From: Eledone cirrhosa
Taxonomy: Eukaryota
DNA: 64,000 nt
Assembly: GCA_964016885.1 (NCBI GenBank)
Contig: OZ024740.1
Coordinates: 293,508,001 to 293,572,000 of the forward strand
Direction of reading: 5' to 3'
The position numbers and the translations under genes were made by a program. Each line of letters starts with the position of its first letter. Positions within the stretch are counted from its first letter, which is position 1. Below are positions 25,631 to 38,128 of this stretch, piece by piece. The notes under the pieces were generated by a model, which saw nothing but the letters and a program-made list of their open reading frames with translations, was not told the origin of the DNA and ran no database searches.

Positions 25631-25755
25631 GTGTTTAATACATCAATATCATAGGCCTTGTCAATCAATTGACCCTCTGAACCAACAACAACACCAATGA
25701 GTAGAGGAGTACTCTTTTTATCCTCTCCTTCTTTAACAAATGCAGCTTTCATTTC
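25631..25755 (-). CDS. GH18 chitinase-like gene, exon 4
   Basis: EMKAAFVKEGEDKKSTPLLIGVVVGSEGQLIDKAYDIDVLN. 125 nt, phase 0/2, ttcttttag acceptor, gtaag donor. Confidence 0.9.
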
Positions 25756-25879
25756 CTAAAAGAAATAGACATTAGTATATAACAAATATATATCAGCTCA
25801 GGTACATACATATGAACTTATATACATATGAATGTATATACATACGTATATAAGTATATCGTGCCATTGTAATAGAGCC

Positions 25880-28800
25880 AAACAAGGCATTTAGTCTTGG
25901 CTGCTGGAACGTATGGACGCTGCTTGACAGGGATTCCTTGGAGCGTCCTGAACGAAGGACCGCTCTTGTAGCAAAGGAGCTTCGACGTTACGATCTTGAC
26001 ATCGTGGCTTTATCTGAGATAAGGTTAGCTGGAGATGATCATCTTACAGAATTTTGTGGAGAATATACATTCTTCTGGAAAGGAAGAGATGAAGGAACCA
26101 GAAGAGAGGCTGGGGTAGCATTTGCTGTTAAGACTGTTCTTGTGAATAAATTAGAAGAATTCCCAGTAGGGATTAGTGAGCGTATTATGTCCATGAGAAT
26201 TCCGCTGGATAAAGGAAGATATGCGACCCTGGTGAGTGTGTATGCTCCAACTATGAATTCTGTCGATGAAGAAAAAGTGTCCTTTTACCATGCCTTGAAA
26301 GGTGTTTTAAAAAATATCCCTCAGGCAGACAAAGTCATCGTGCTTGGTGACTTTAATGCTAGAGTGGGTAGGGATTTTAACACATGAAATGTAATCGGAA
26401 GGCATGGGGTGGGAAAGTGTAACAACAATGGTATGCTCCTGCTGCAGATGTGTGAGGAGCTGGATCTGTGTGTTACCAACACCATGTTCCAACAAAAGAA
26501 CAAATTCAAGACCACATGGATGCATCCTGCATCTAAGGAATGGCATCTTTTGGACTACGTCCTAGTCAGGATGCGTGACAGACAGGATGTGCAGTGTGTT
26601 CGTGCTCTTCGTGAAGCTGAGTGCTGGACGGACCACCGCCTGGTACGCGCAAAAGTGAAACTAATCACTAAATGTAAAATCTGGGCTCCTGGTGTTGCCC
26701 TACCCAGAAGATTGAATGCTGCTCGTCTTAAGGATAAAAATGCGAAGAGGTCATTGCAAGAAGAGATGCAGGTTGCAGATCTTGGTGAGGATTGGCCGAC
26801 CCTTAAAAAGTCAGTTTATGATGTAGACAGGCGTGTTCTGGGATTGGTGCAGAGAAAACATCAGTACTGGTTTAATGAGAATGATGTACATATACAAGAC
26901 TTGTTGGCTGATAAGAGGCGTGCTCTGTCACGCTACTTGACGGCAAAACCACAGGAGAGGAATACGTTGCATAAGGAACTCAAGGATGTGAAATCATGTG
27001 TTAGGCGGAGTCTTTCTCAGATGAAGGATCAGTGGTGGAGTGAGAAGGCTGATGAGATACAAACTGCGTCAGATTCCAGTAACACAAAGCTGTTGTACAG
27101 TCTCTTGCGTGAAGTTTATGGACCGTCTTCTTCTCTGGTGACACCGCTTCACAGCAAGGATGGCAAAGAATTTCTTCACGACTCACAAGCAATTCTACGA
27201 AGGTGGCGAGAACACTTTGATGATCTTTTGAATCAGCCTTCTGTCATCAATGAAGATTTCCTCAATCTCATTCCAGAACCTCCGATGCTTGTGGAGGTTG
27301 CAGTGGCTCGAAGCTGAACAGTGGAAGGTCTCCAGGTATGGATGGCATACATGCTGAGCTCCTACAATATGGTGGGGAGAGACTCCTGCAACATCTTCAC
27401 TCTTTGTTTGGCAGGATATGGGCTAATGAATCCGTACCCGAGGACTGGAGAGACGCAGTAATGGTGGTCTTGTACAAGGGAAAGGGTAACAGGAATGATT
27501 GTGGGAACTACAGAGGTATATCATTGCTTTCTGTCGTAGGGAAAGTTTTATGTAGGGTGCTTCTGGACCGTCTGCTGACACACATTGCAGATTGTGTTCT
27601 TCCTGAAAGTCAATCTGGTTTTCGTGCTGGACGCGGCACTACTGATGTGATCTTCTCAGCTAGACAGCTCCAGGAGAAGTGCATGGAACAAGGTTTGGAA
27701 CTGTATCAGGTTTTTGTCGATCTGACAAAAGTTTTCGATACTGTTAACAGAGATGCATTATGGAAGGTTCTCCAGAAACTTGGTTGCCCTGATAAGTTCC
27801 TTGCTTTAGTTAGGTCTTTCCATGACGACATGAAGGCTTGGGTTAATGTCGGAGGTAACATGTCGGAGCCTATCTTAGTAAAAAATTGAGTGAAACAGGG
27901 GGATATTCGAGCACCGACCCTGTTTGCCATATACTTTGCAATGGTTTTCTGTATTGCATTCAGGAATTGCGAGCATGGTGTTTACATCTGATATCGAACC
28001 TCAGGCAGCATATTTAACATCAGGCGCTTTGCTGCTAAGACAAAAGTATTTACATCAATCATAAGAGACCTCTTGTATGCAGATGATTGTGATCTTGTAG
28101 CGCACACAGAGAGTGATATGCAGCACATTTTGAATGCATTTTCTGACACTTGCACTTCCCTAGGATTGACTGTTAGTCTCAAGAAAACCGTCGTCATGTA
28201 CCAACCTGCTCCTGGTACAGTACAGTGAACCAAATATCTATGTGTATGGTAAACGACTTGGAGTGGTTGATCAGTTTGTCTACCTAGGAAGCACTGTCAA
28301 TCGATACATCAACCTTGATAGTGAAATCTCACTTAGGATTAGGAAAGCAAGTGATGCTTTCGGAAAGCTAGAAAGGCGACTCTGGGGTCGAGACATATGC
28401 AAGAAGACAAAGGTAAAGGTGTACAAGGCATGTGTGCTCTCTTCTTTTTTTTATGCCTGCGAGACCTGGGTCACATATCGACACCACCTTAAGCAATTGG
28501 AGCGTTTCCATCAGATGTGTCTCAGACGGATCCATGGCATTCACTGGAGGGAGCACATCAGTGATGTTGAGATTTTGGAAAGCTCTATGTGTGACAGTAT
28601 AGAAGCTCTTGTGCTTAAGCAATGACTCCGTTGGAGTGGTCACCTTGCCAGGATGAAGGATTCTAGAATACCAAAACAACTCTTTTATGGAGAGTTAGTT
28701 AAAGGAAAACGACCGCCACATAAACCAAAAAAGAGGTATAAGGATTCCTTGAAAGCCTCTTTGAAAGACGCTAACATCTCTGCTGATACATGGGAAAATA

Positions 28801-29225
28801 TTGCTGCTGATCGTAATAAATGGAGAAAGACTGTATATGAGGGAAAAGTTGCCTTTGAGGCATCTCGAATCGGACACGAGAAAGTAAAGCGGGATGTGAG
28901 GAAGGGCATTGCTGTTGCACTTCCAGACGGCGAGGGTCCTCCTATGGTGCTGACATGCAGTACTCGAAAGTCATCTTCGCAGTCATAAAGTAAGACCAGT
29001 GGTTGACTACCAGGCTGCTGTTGGAGATGCTACTCATCATGCTTGCCAAGCATGTGGTAGAGAATGTAAATCAGCAGGAGGGCTCAAACGACATGCAAAA
29101 GTACATGAACTCCAACCACAGCCGACTATTCCCAGTTAATATTTTGGTTGCCAACTCTGTGCAAGACATTTTAGATCATTGGCTGGGCTAAAAAGCCACA
29201 TTCGATCGCAGCGGTGTTAATTGCT
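25880..29225 (+). mobile_element. Near full-length RTE-clade LINE (APE + RT + C-terminal C2H2 fingers), inactivated
   Basis: APE motifs (ALSEIR, YAPT, GDFNARVG, TDHRLV) and RT motifs (NYRGISLL, QSGFR, FVDLTKVFD, YADD), broken by several stops and frameshifts. Confidence 0.95.
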
Positions 29226-29282
29226 ATCGTGTGTGTATGTGTGTATAGATATGTTTATGTGCGTGTGTGTGTGTGTATATTC

Positions 29283-29482
29283 GGAGGTTTCCCCCCTATT
29301 GGGGAATTTTTCATTGTTTCAATTTTCATTTTTATTGTTTATATATATATATGTTTCTATGTTTTTTTTTCTTTTCTTATATAAATAATAAAAATATTTA
29401 CATGCACAAAACCCACATTGTACAGTCCTGTGCCGTCTGTAATGTTTTTCTTGATGTCAGCCCTTGTGGCCAATAAAGAAAT
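29283..29482 (+). mobile_element. 3' tail fragment of a Tx1-like LINE
   Basis: ccccctattgggg ... gcccttgtggccaataaagaaat, matching the tails of the four larger copies. Confidence 0.6.
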
Positions 29483-30795
29483 CACTATTGTTGTCGTTAT
29501 TATTGTTGTTGTTATTATTATTATTATTATTATTATTGTTATTAATATATATATATATACATATACATATTTTTTTTTTCTCGTGTAATGGCCATACTCG
29601 ATAACGAGGGGGCAGCCATCATATATGTACATATATAACTACATACATGATGGCTGCAACTCGATTTCGAGTAATGCCATCACTTGATACTTAAGCTTGA
29701 GCATCAGGGACATTACTTTTTTAGTCCTGCTAGGGACTTGCCTATGCCCAGCAATACCATGCATCGCAAAAAGTGTCACATATCAAATGATGCCTGTGGT
29801 TGAAGCTTTTTTAAATGAGGAAAGGCTTTGCATGGGGCCATTCCCACTCTCTGAACATTGAATGCATTTGCCCAAAAATAAGAACTGGTCTACATCATTG
29901 GATGAAAACGAAGTCACAGGTTTTATATCAGAGTGACCTTCTCCTAGATGTCTTAATGAAGACTAGGAGTCTCTCGTTAAAAAAAAAAAAAACACACATA
30001 TACATTAACAATTAACAGTGCTGCGATTGAATGTGGCTTTTTAGGCTTTTTAGTCAATGATCTAAAATGATCTAAAATGTCTTGCACAGAGTTGGCAACC
30101 ATGATAAAAACATTCACATGCATACATACGTATATATACACACTCATACATATAACATATATACATATACACACACAAACATACACGTACTTTAAAAGTG
30201 ATGGGTTGATTAAATATTATAGCCATATACTATGTCAGAATAAAAGACAGGGTGGTCACTGCTAAACTATATTTGTTCATCTGTTTACTAAGCTAGAGCT
30301 GAGCTGGGGCTAAACAGCTGCAACAAACTAGCTCTGAGTTCAGCGCAATATGGTTACCATTATAGGAAATAGGCTTAAAAATACAATTTAGTTTTTAACA
30401 AACATTTGCCTGTTTTGTAATGAAGGAATATTGAAAATTAGGTTTAATAACTAAATGCTGCAGGAGCATTTTGTTTGACACTATCATTTCTGCCAATATA
30501 GTGCCCGACATAATAGATATAAGCTTAGAATGTCAAGTTTGGTACTTATTTTCAACCCCAAATAATGAAAGGTAATATTGCCCTTGGTTTGTTTCTATAT
30601 TCAGAATGTAAAGAGCTGCAATTAAATACTGAAAAATATTTTGTTCAACACATATTTAGCACAAAGCCACCAATGCTGGGGAATGCATATAATCAAATAT
30701 ATTGATTGCAGCACTTTACTTAAATCTTATTTTATCAATTGTAGAATATTAGAAGAAGCAAATTATGCAAAATATTGTCAACAGTTTAAAGTTAC

Positions 30796-31048
30796 CTTGA
30801 GTAGCATTGCTAACCTCTCTTTGTCTATATCACTACTGCCTCTTTTTGTAGGATACTCCCAGGAAATATCTAAGCCATCAAAATTATTGTTGCGTAGAAA
30901 TTTGATTGCTCCATTGATGAAGTGTCTGCGGGTTTCGTGATTAACTACAATATTGACAAATGGCATGGATCCAACATTCCAGCCACCAACAGCAAGTAAT
31001 GTCTTCAGGTTTGTATGTGAACTTTTCAGATTATTAACTCTTCTATAC
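30796..31048 (-). CDS. GH18 chitinase-like gene, exon 3 (catalytic motif)
   Basis: ...LKTLLAVGGWNVGS...FLRNNNFDGLDISWEYPTKRG...LLK. 253 nt, phase 2/0, tttacag acceptor, gtaac donor. Confidence 0.95.
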
Positions 31049-31576
31049 CTGTAAATAAGAGAAGTGTAAATGCAGCAGAAATATAAGTTAGAAGATAAAT
31101 ATTGATCTCTAATATAGATCTTTTTACAGGCATAATGTCATATATTTGATTCCTGGACCAGGTTGTGCATTGTGTTCTCAAGCAAAACACTCAATTACAT
31201 GTTGCTCCAGTATACTGAGCTGAAAATGAGTACCAGTAGTAGCTGGGGGTTAATTCCAAGATGGACTAGCATCCTATCAAGTTGAGATGTCTTATACTCT
31301 CATCACTTAACGTTGATGAAACTGGAACAAGCACTGGCCTGATGAGCTTCTAGGCTCGTGTCAGAATTTAATATTGATTTTAGTCTGCCTCCGTAGTCTG
31401 TTTCACCACACATCATTGACTCTTGCAGCCTCTCTCTCTACTACTATCTAAATTCTTCCCACCTACCCTCTCTCATACTCACTACCCACATTACTGAGGG
31501 ATAGCTGCCCACACATAAATTGGGACATCTCAGCTCTGTATATAACTACTTTATAAGCCTCTCCTCACACACTATA

Positions 31577-31763
31577 TTTGTTTCTAGTTTTGGCACAAGG
31601 CCAGCAATTATGCCAGTGTATTACTGGTACTTTATTTTGTCGACTTCATAAGGATGAAAGGCAAAGTTAACTTCGGTGGGATTTGAACTCAGACCGTAAA
31701 GGGGTGTAACTTTATGCTGCAAAGCATGGCGTCTGACCATCTACCGATACTTCCAATCCACCA
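31577..31763 (-). mobile_element. SINE family A copy
   Basis: Reverse complement of the 5684 element. Confidence 0.85.
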
Positions 31764-31974
31764 CAGTATAATAAGCTGGTTGTTCTCATTTTCTCTCTGT
31801 TTTAGGACATTTTCATGACCCGAACACTTACTTTCACCCTCCTTCATCCTCAGCAAGCAGCATCTAGCTGCTGTTCTCTCCACAACTGCAATGCCACTTT
31901 TGATATGCTCTCATGTCTTCATCCCACACTTATTATTGCCTCTCTCTCTGCCCAAGAAACATTCTACTGCTGGT

Positions 31975-34900
31975 TCCACAATAAAATATACCCAGCGCAC
32001 TCTGTCAAGTGGTAGTGTTGGGTCCACAATAAAATACACCCAGCACACTCTGTAAAGTGGTAGTGTTGGGTCCACAATAAAATACACCCAGCACACTCTG
32101 TAAAGTGGTAGTGTTGGGTCCACAATAAAATACACCCAGCACACTCTGTAAAGTGGTAGTGTTGGGTCCACAATAAAATACACCCAGCACACTCTGTAAA
32201 GTGGTAGTGTTGGGTCCACTATAAAATACACCCAGCACACTCTGTAAAGTGGTAGTGTTGTGTCCACAATAAAATACACCCAGCACACTCTGTAAAGTGG
32301 TAGTGTTGGGTCCACAATAAAATACACCCAGCACACTCTGTAAAGTGGTAGTGTTGGGTCCACAATAAAATACACCCAGCACACTCTGTCAAGTGGTAGT
32401 GTTGGGTCCACAATAAAATACACCCAGCACACTCTGTCAAGTGGTAGTGTTGGGTCCACAATAAAATACACCCAGCACACTCTGTCAAGTGGTAGTGTTG
32501 GGTCCACAATAAAATACACCCAGCACACTCTGTCAAGTGGTAGTGTTGGGTCCAAATAAAATACACCCAGCACACTCTGTCAAGTGGTAGTGTTGGGTCC
32601 ACAATAAAATACACCCAGCACACTCTGTCAAGTGGTAGTGTTGGGTCCACAATAAAATACACCCAGCACACTCTGTCAAGTGGTAGTGTTGGGTCCACAA
32701 TAAAATACACCCAGCACACTCTGTCAAGTGGTAGTGTTGAGTCCACAATAAAATACACCCAGCACACTCTGTCAAGTGGTAGTGTTGGGTCCACAAGAAA
32801 ATACACCCAGCACACTCTGTCAAGTGGTAGTGTTGGGTCCACAATAAAATACACCCAGCCCACTCTGTCAAGTGGTAGTGTTGGGTCCACAATAAAATAG
32901 ACCCAGCACATCCTGTCAAGTGGTAGTGTTGGGTCCACAATAAAATACACCCAGCACACTCTGTAAAGTGGTAGTGTTGGGTCCACAATAAAATACACCC
33001 AGCACACTCTGTAAAGTGGTAGTGTTGGGTCCACAATAAAATACACCCAACACACTCTGTCAAGTGGTAGTGTTGAGTCCACAATAAAATACACCCAGCC
33101 CACTCTGTCAAGTGGTAGTGTTGGGTCCACAATAAAATACACCCAGCACACACTGTCAAGTGGTAGTGTTGGGTCCACAATAAAATACACCCAGCACACT
33201 CTGTCAAGTGGTAGTGTTGAGTCCACAATAAAATACACCCAGCCCACTCTGTCAAGTGGTAGTGTTGGGTCCACAATAAAATACACCCAGCACACTCTGT
33301 CAAGTGATAGTGTTGGGTCCACAATAAAATACACCCAACACACTCTGTCAAGTGGTAGTGTTGGGTTCACAATAAAATACACCCAGCACACTCTGTCAAG
33401 TGGTAGTGTTGGGTCCACAATAAAATACACCCAGCACACTCTGTCAAGTGGTAGTGTTGGGTCCACAATAAAATACACCCAGCACACTCTGTCAAGTGGT
33501 AGTGTTAAATCCACAATAAAATACACCCAGCACACTCTGTCAAGTGGTAGTGTTAGGTCCACAATAAAATACACCCAGCACACTCTGTCAAGTGGTAGTG
33601 TTGGGTCCACAATAAAATACACCCAGCACACTCTGTCAAGTGGTAGTGTTGGGTCCACAATAAAATACACCCAGCACACTCTGTCAAGTGGTAGTGTTGA
33701 GTCCACAATAAAATACACCCAGCACACTCTGTAAAGTGGTAATACACCCAGCACACTCTGTCAAGTGGTAGTGTTGGGTCCACAATAAAATACACCCAGC
33801 ACACTCTGTCAAGTGGTAGTGTTAGGTCCACAATAAAATACACCCAGCACACTCTCTCAAGTGGTAGTGTTGGGTCCACAATAAAATACACCCAGCACAC
33901 TCTGTCAAGTGGTAGTGTTGGGTTCACAATAAAATACACCCAGCCCACTCTGTCAAGTGGTAGTGTTGGGTCCACAATAAAATACACCCAGCAAACTCTG
34001 TCAAGTGGTAGTGTTGGGTTCACAATAAAATACACCCAGCACACTCTGTCAAGTGGTAGTGTTGGGTCCACAATAAAATACACCCAGCACACTCTGTAAA
34101 GTGGTAGTGTTGGGTCCACAATAAAATACACCCAGCACACTCTGTAAAGTGGTAGTGTTGGGTCCACAATAAAATACACCCAGCACACACTGTCAAGTGG
34201 TAGTGTTGGGTTCACAATAAAATACACCCAGCCCACTCTGTCAAGTGGTAGTGTTGGGTCCACAATAAAATACACCCAGCACACTCTGTCAAGTGGTAGT
34301 GTTGGGTCCACAATAAAATACACCCAACACACTCTGTCAAGTGGTAGTGTTGGGTCCACAATAAAATACACCCAGCACACTCTGTCAAGTCGTAGTGTTG
34401 GGTCCACAATAAAATACACCCAGCACACTGTCAAGTGGTAGTGTTGGGTCCACAATAAAATACACCCAGCACACTCTGTCAAGTGGTAGTGTTGGGTCCA
34501 CAATAAAATACACCCAGCCCACTCTGTCAAGTGGTAGTGTTGGGTCCACAATAAAATACACCCAGCACACTCTGTCAAGTGGTAGTGTCGGGTCCACAAT
34601 AAAATACACCCAGCACACTCTGTAAAGTGGTAGTGTTGGGTCCACAATAAAATACACCCAGCACTCTCTGTAAAGTGGTAGTGTTGGGTCCACAATAAAA
34701 TACACCCAGCACACTCTGTCAAGTGGTAGTGTTAGGTCCACAATAAAATACACCCAGCACACTCTGTCAAGTGGTAGTGTTGGGTCCACAATAAAATACA
34801 CCCAGCACACTCTGTCAAGTGGTAGTGTTGGGTCCACAATAAAATACACCCAGCACACTCTGTCAAGTGGTAGTGTTAGGTCCACAATAAAATACACCCA

Positions 34901-35110
34901 GCACACTCTGTCAAGTGGTAGTGTTGGGTCCACAATAAAATACACCCAGCACACTCTGTCAAGTGGTAGTGTTGGGTCCACAATAAAATACACCGAGCAC
35001 ACTCTGTAAAGTGGTAGTGTTGGGTCCACAATAAAATACACCCAGCACACTCTGTCAAGTGGTAGTGTTGGGTCCACAATAAAATGCACCCAGCTTATTC
35101 TGTAAAGTGG
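31975..35110. repeat. 48-bp minisatellite, about 65 copies
   Basis: Unit ccacaataaaatacacccagcacactctgtMaagtggtagtgttgggt, in chitinase intron 2. Confidence 0.97.
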
Positions 35111-35275
35111 TTGAGCTCATGCCATGATAAAATACACCCAGTGCATATTATAATGTTATTGGAATTAGGAAGGACAACTAGCTGTAAAAACGGCAAAATG
35201 GAATGTATGAGGAACAAAATATTTCTCAAATTATTTTGTTGGTGTCTCATAAAATTGAAGGATATATCAGATAAT

Positions 35276-35460
35276 TGTTTCCATTTTAGGCACAAGGCCA
35301 GCAATTACTCAGTGCATTGCTGGTACTTTATTTTATCGACCCCGTAAGGATGAAAGGCAAAGTCAACCTCGGCGGGATTTGAACTCAGATCGTAAAGGGA
35401 CGTAACTATGCTGGAAAGCATGGCGTCCGACACTCTACCGATACTGCCAATCCACCGCCC
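35276..35460 (-). mobile_element. SINE family A, full length, with TSD
   Basis: TSD aggatatatcagataat at 35259-35275 and 35463-35479. Confidence 0.9.
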
Positions 35461-35564
35461 TTAGGATATATCAGATAATGTCCTGAAATTGGAATATTTC
35501 ATGATATTTCATTAAAATTTATTATTTTTAATGATAAATATTATTTATTTGGTTCACTACTTAC

Positions 35565-35730
35565 ATTTCACTGTCATTCCATTCAAATGCTGCCAAACTC
35601 CCATCCTTGATTTCAGCAAATGCATATGAGATATGTGTACATAAAGATACATCAATATCATCTGGTAAAAATCTTCCCATTCCACCTCTGTATTGGGCCC
35701 AGTTTGTATAGACACACCAACGGCGAAGTT
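35565..35730 (-). CDS. GH18 chitinase-like gene, exon 2
   Basis: [55 protein letters not shown] matches the GH18 N-terminal motifs. 166 nt, phase 1/2, NAGNAG acceptor (aagcag), gtaag donor. Confidence 0.95.
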
Positions 35731-36339
35731 CTGCTTGATTAAAATGAAAATTAATTATATAAAAGTTGCATGAACTCTTAATTTGCTAATATAACTTTTC
35801 CTACGAGGAAGTAGTCATAAGGCAAGTGAAGATGCATTAATTAATGTTGTCTGCACTGAAGGCATGCATTATGTGGATTCAAACAAAGCAGAGACTCAAC
35901 AGGTCTATGCAGCTTCCTGTCGACCTCCATCTCCTCGTCTGGCATTTCTCCTTTCCACAAGAATATCTGGCAGGCAGCAGACCAATGCAGTTCATGAATG
36001 TACGGTCTTTTCTTTATCATTATAGAAAATTCTTAGTGCAGGATTTGCTTCTCTCCTATATATTAAATGCCCTATGACGATGAGTCACCTGTGACTGCAA
36101 CAATCATGGATAACAATTGAATGTTCTCGACATGGAACCTGCATGTATAGCGCCTATTTTATAGTATACCATGGAGCAAATATTTCACGCGTGTTTTACT
36201 GGATGACTAAGCAATCGTTATCTAATGACACTATTTACTACCCAAATGGTGAGGGGGGTAACCAAAATAAAAGGTTTTTCTAAAGAAAGTTCTACTCCAC
36301 CAGGAAACCAGTCGAAAAACTGAAAAATCCTCCAAGCAA

Positions 36340-36720
36340 AAAATATTTGTTTCATAGTGTCTGGAATATTCGCACTGTCATGGATGGTTCTGCTGCTGTA
36401 ACAGAAAGATGTCCATTCGAAATATTGTTGCCTCGACATTTCAGTAATACAAGATGGACATCACTGCATTCAATGAAACCCGTTTATCCGATAAAGGTTC
36501 TATCAAAGCGATTGAGGGGTTCCACAAAACTGGTGTTGGTGTGGCTATTAAAAATGATCTCCTCTTAATACTTTATGAATCCTCACGTCTTATGTCTCCC
36601 TGACTTACCTCCACTAAAAAAAAAACAACTCCTTCTAGAAGACTGAAAAAAGATTCAGAACAAAACGCAACAAAGGCTTAAAGAAATTCGAAACACCTGA
36701 TGGATTGTAAGTAAAAAGAA
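36340..36720 (+). mobile_element. Degraded RTE endonuclease fragment
   Basis: WNIRTVMD ... ALNETRLSDKGSI. Confidence 0.5.
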
Positions 36721-37772
36721 AGGAGCAGTAAACAGATCCAACCAAGGAAACAAAATGCACGTATTAGATCGATCTAATACATGTATTTTGTTTACGAAGT
36801 TGACTTCTGTCACCTGCGCAAAAAAGAGTAACTGTCCTTCGGGAAAGACCAAAGACACCCTTAATCACACTATTAAACATTTAGGCTGTTGTGTTTGTTG
36901 ATACAGCGCTGGAATTTGCAATCGTTATGTGAATGTGCGTGACTTAGTGGTTAAGGTGTTGTACTCACGATCAGAAGATCATGGGTTCAGTTCCTGAAAT
37001 GGATAGTGTGTTTTGTTCTTCACCAAAATACGTCATTTGCGGTTTCTTCTACCAGGAGCTGCGACAGGTAGATAGTATTAACAATGGAAAGACAAAAGGA
37101 AATGTTGTTTTCTTAGTCGGAACTGTTGACTGCTTCCTTTCTTGTCAATACGATGGTCCTGGGAAGAGTTGGAAAGACTAACTGAAGCACATCATCCCTG
37201 TCTGTGTAATTTCGGCCAAATATCTTGAAGGACTCCCTGCAGATTGGGTAGGGTGGAGGAGAGTTGTATATGATGGTACGCAACAGTTTGAAGTACTAGA
37301 TATCAGGATGATCGAAGGACAGCCTATTGCCATTGGTAAACTCGGTCAGCCAGCAATAACAATTTTGTTTATTATTCATGTCCGACTTGTCCCTGGTCCT
37401 GTCTATCACATATTGAACTTGTATCGCATCCCCATGTTCATCAGAGCCATGATTGATATATTTGATGGAAATAGGCATTATCAAATCGATGGACAGCTAT
37501 GCAGCTTTAGCGGCACTATATTACGATGATGTCATCAGTTGTGTGTCAACGATCAATTCTGTGATACAACTCTACATTACTTAATTGATACGTTTAATAA
37601 ATATTCGAAGCTATAAGAACAGCTCACTGCTACAATAAATAAAGAAACGTGCTCTGTCATTTTATAGAAGCATGCTAGCGTTCTCTGTGGGTTTTTACCA
37701 TGGTAGAAATTCACCCATTAAACTCCTGTTTCAACCAATGTTATCATCGCATGTAGGTCCAACATAAAGAGA

Positions 37773-38067
37773 ATTGTTTCTACTTTTGGCACAAGACCAG
37801 CAATTATCCCAGTGCATTATTGGTGCTTTATTTTATCGACCCCGTAAGGATAAAAGACAAAGCTAACCTGTGCGGGATTTGAACTCATGACGTAAAGTGT
37901 CCTAACACTATGCTGCAAAGCATGGCATCCGACTCTCTACCGATACTGCCAATCCAAGGTCATCATAAAAATAATTGTTTCTACTTTGGGTACAAGGCCT
38001 GCAATTACCCCAGTGCATTACTGGTGCTTTATTTTATCGACTCTGTAAAGATGAAAAGCAAACTTAC
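37773..38067 (-). mobile_element. Two SINE family A copies; the truncated one abuts the exon-1 splice donor
   Basis: 37773-37956, and 37972-38067 (3' half only). Confidence 0.8.
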
Positions 38068-38128
38068 CTCCAGTACAGAGTACTGCTGGAACCATTAACA
38101 ATCCAAGACAACACCAAAACGGAGACAT
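38068..38128 (-). CDS. GH18 chitinase-like gene, coding exon 1 (signal peptide)
   Basis: MSPFWCCLGLLMVPAVLCTG, donor GAG|gtaagt, phase 1. An acceptor (ttttccaccaacag) 3 nt before the ATG implies an unlocated upstream 5'UTR exon. Confidence 0.8.

Noticed and set aside
31975-35110. CRISPR-like array, or proteins with DPTLPLDRVCWVYFIV / WTQHYHLTECAGCILL repeats
   Set aside because: The units are head-to-tail with no unique spacers, there are no cas genes, and the context is a eukaryotic intron. The ORFs arise because 48 is divisible by 3, and they switch frame at indels.
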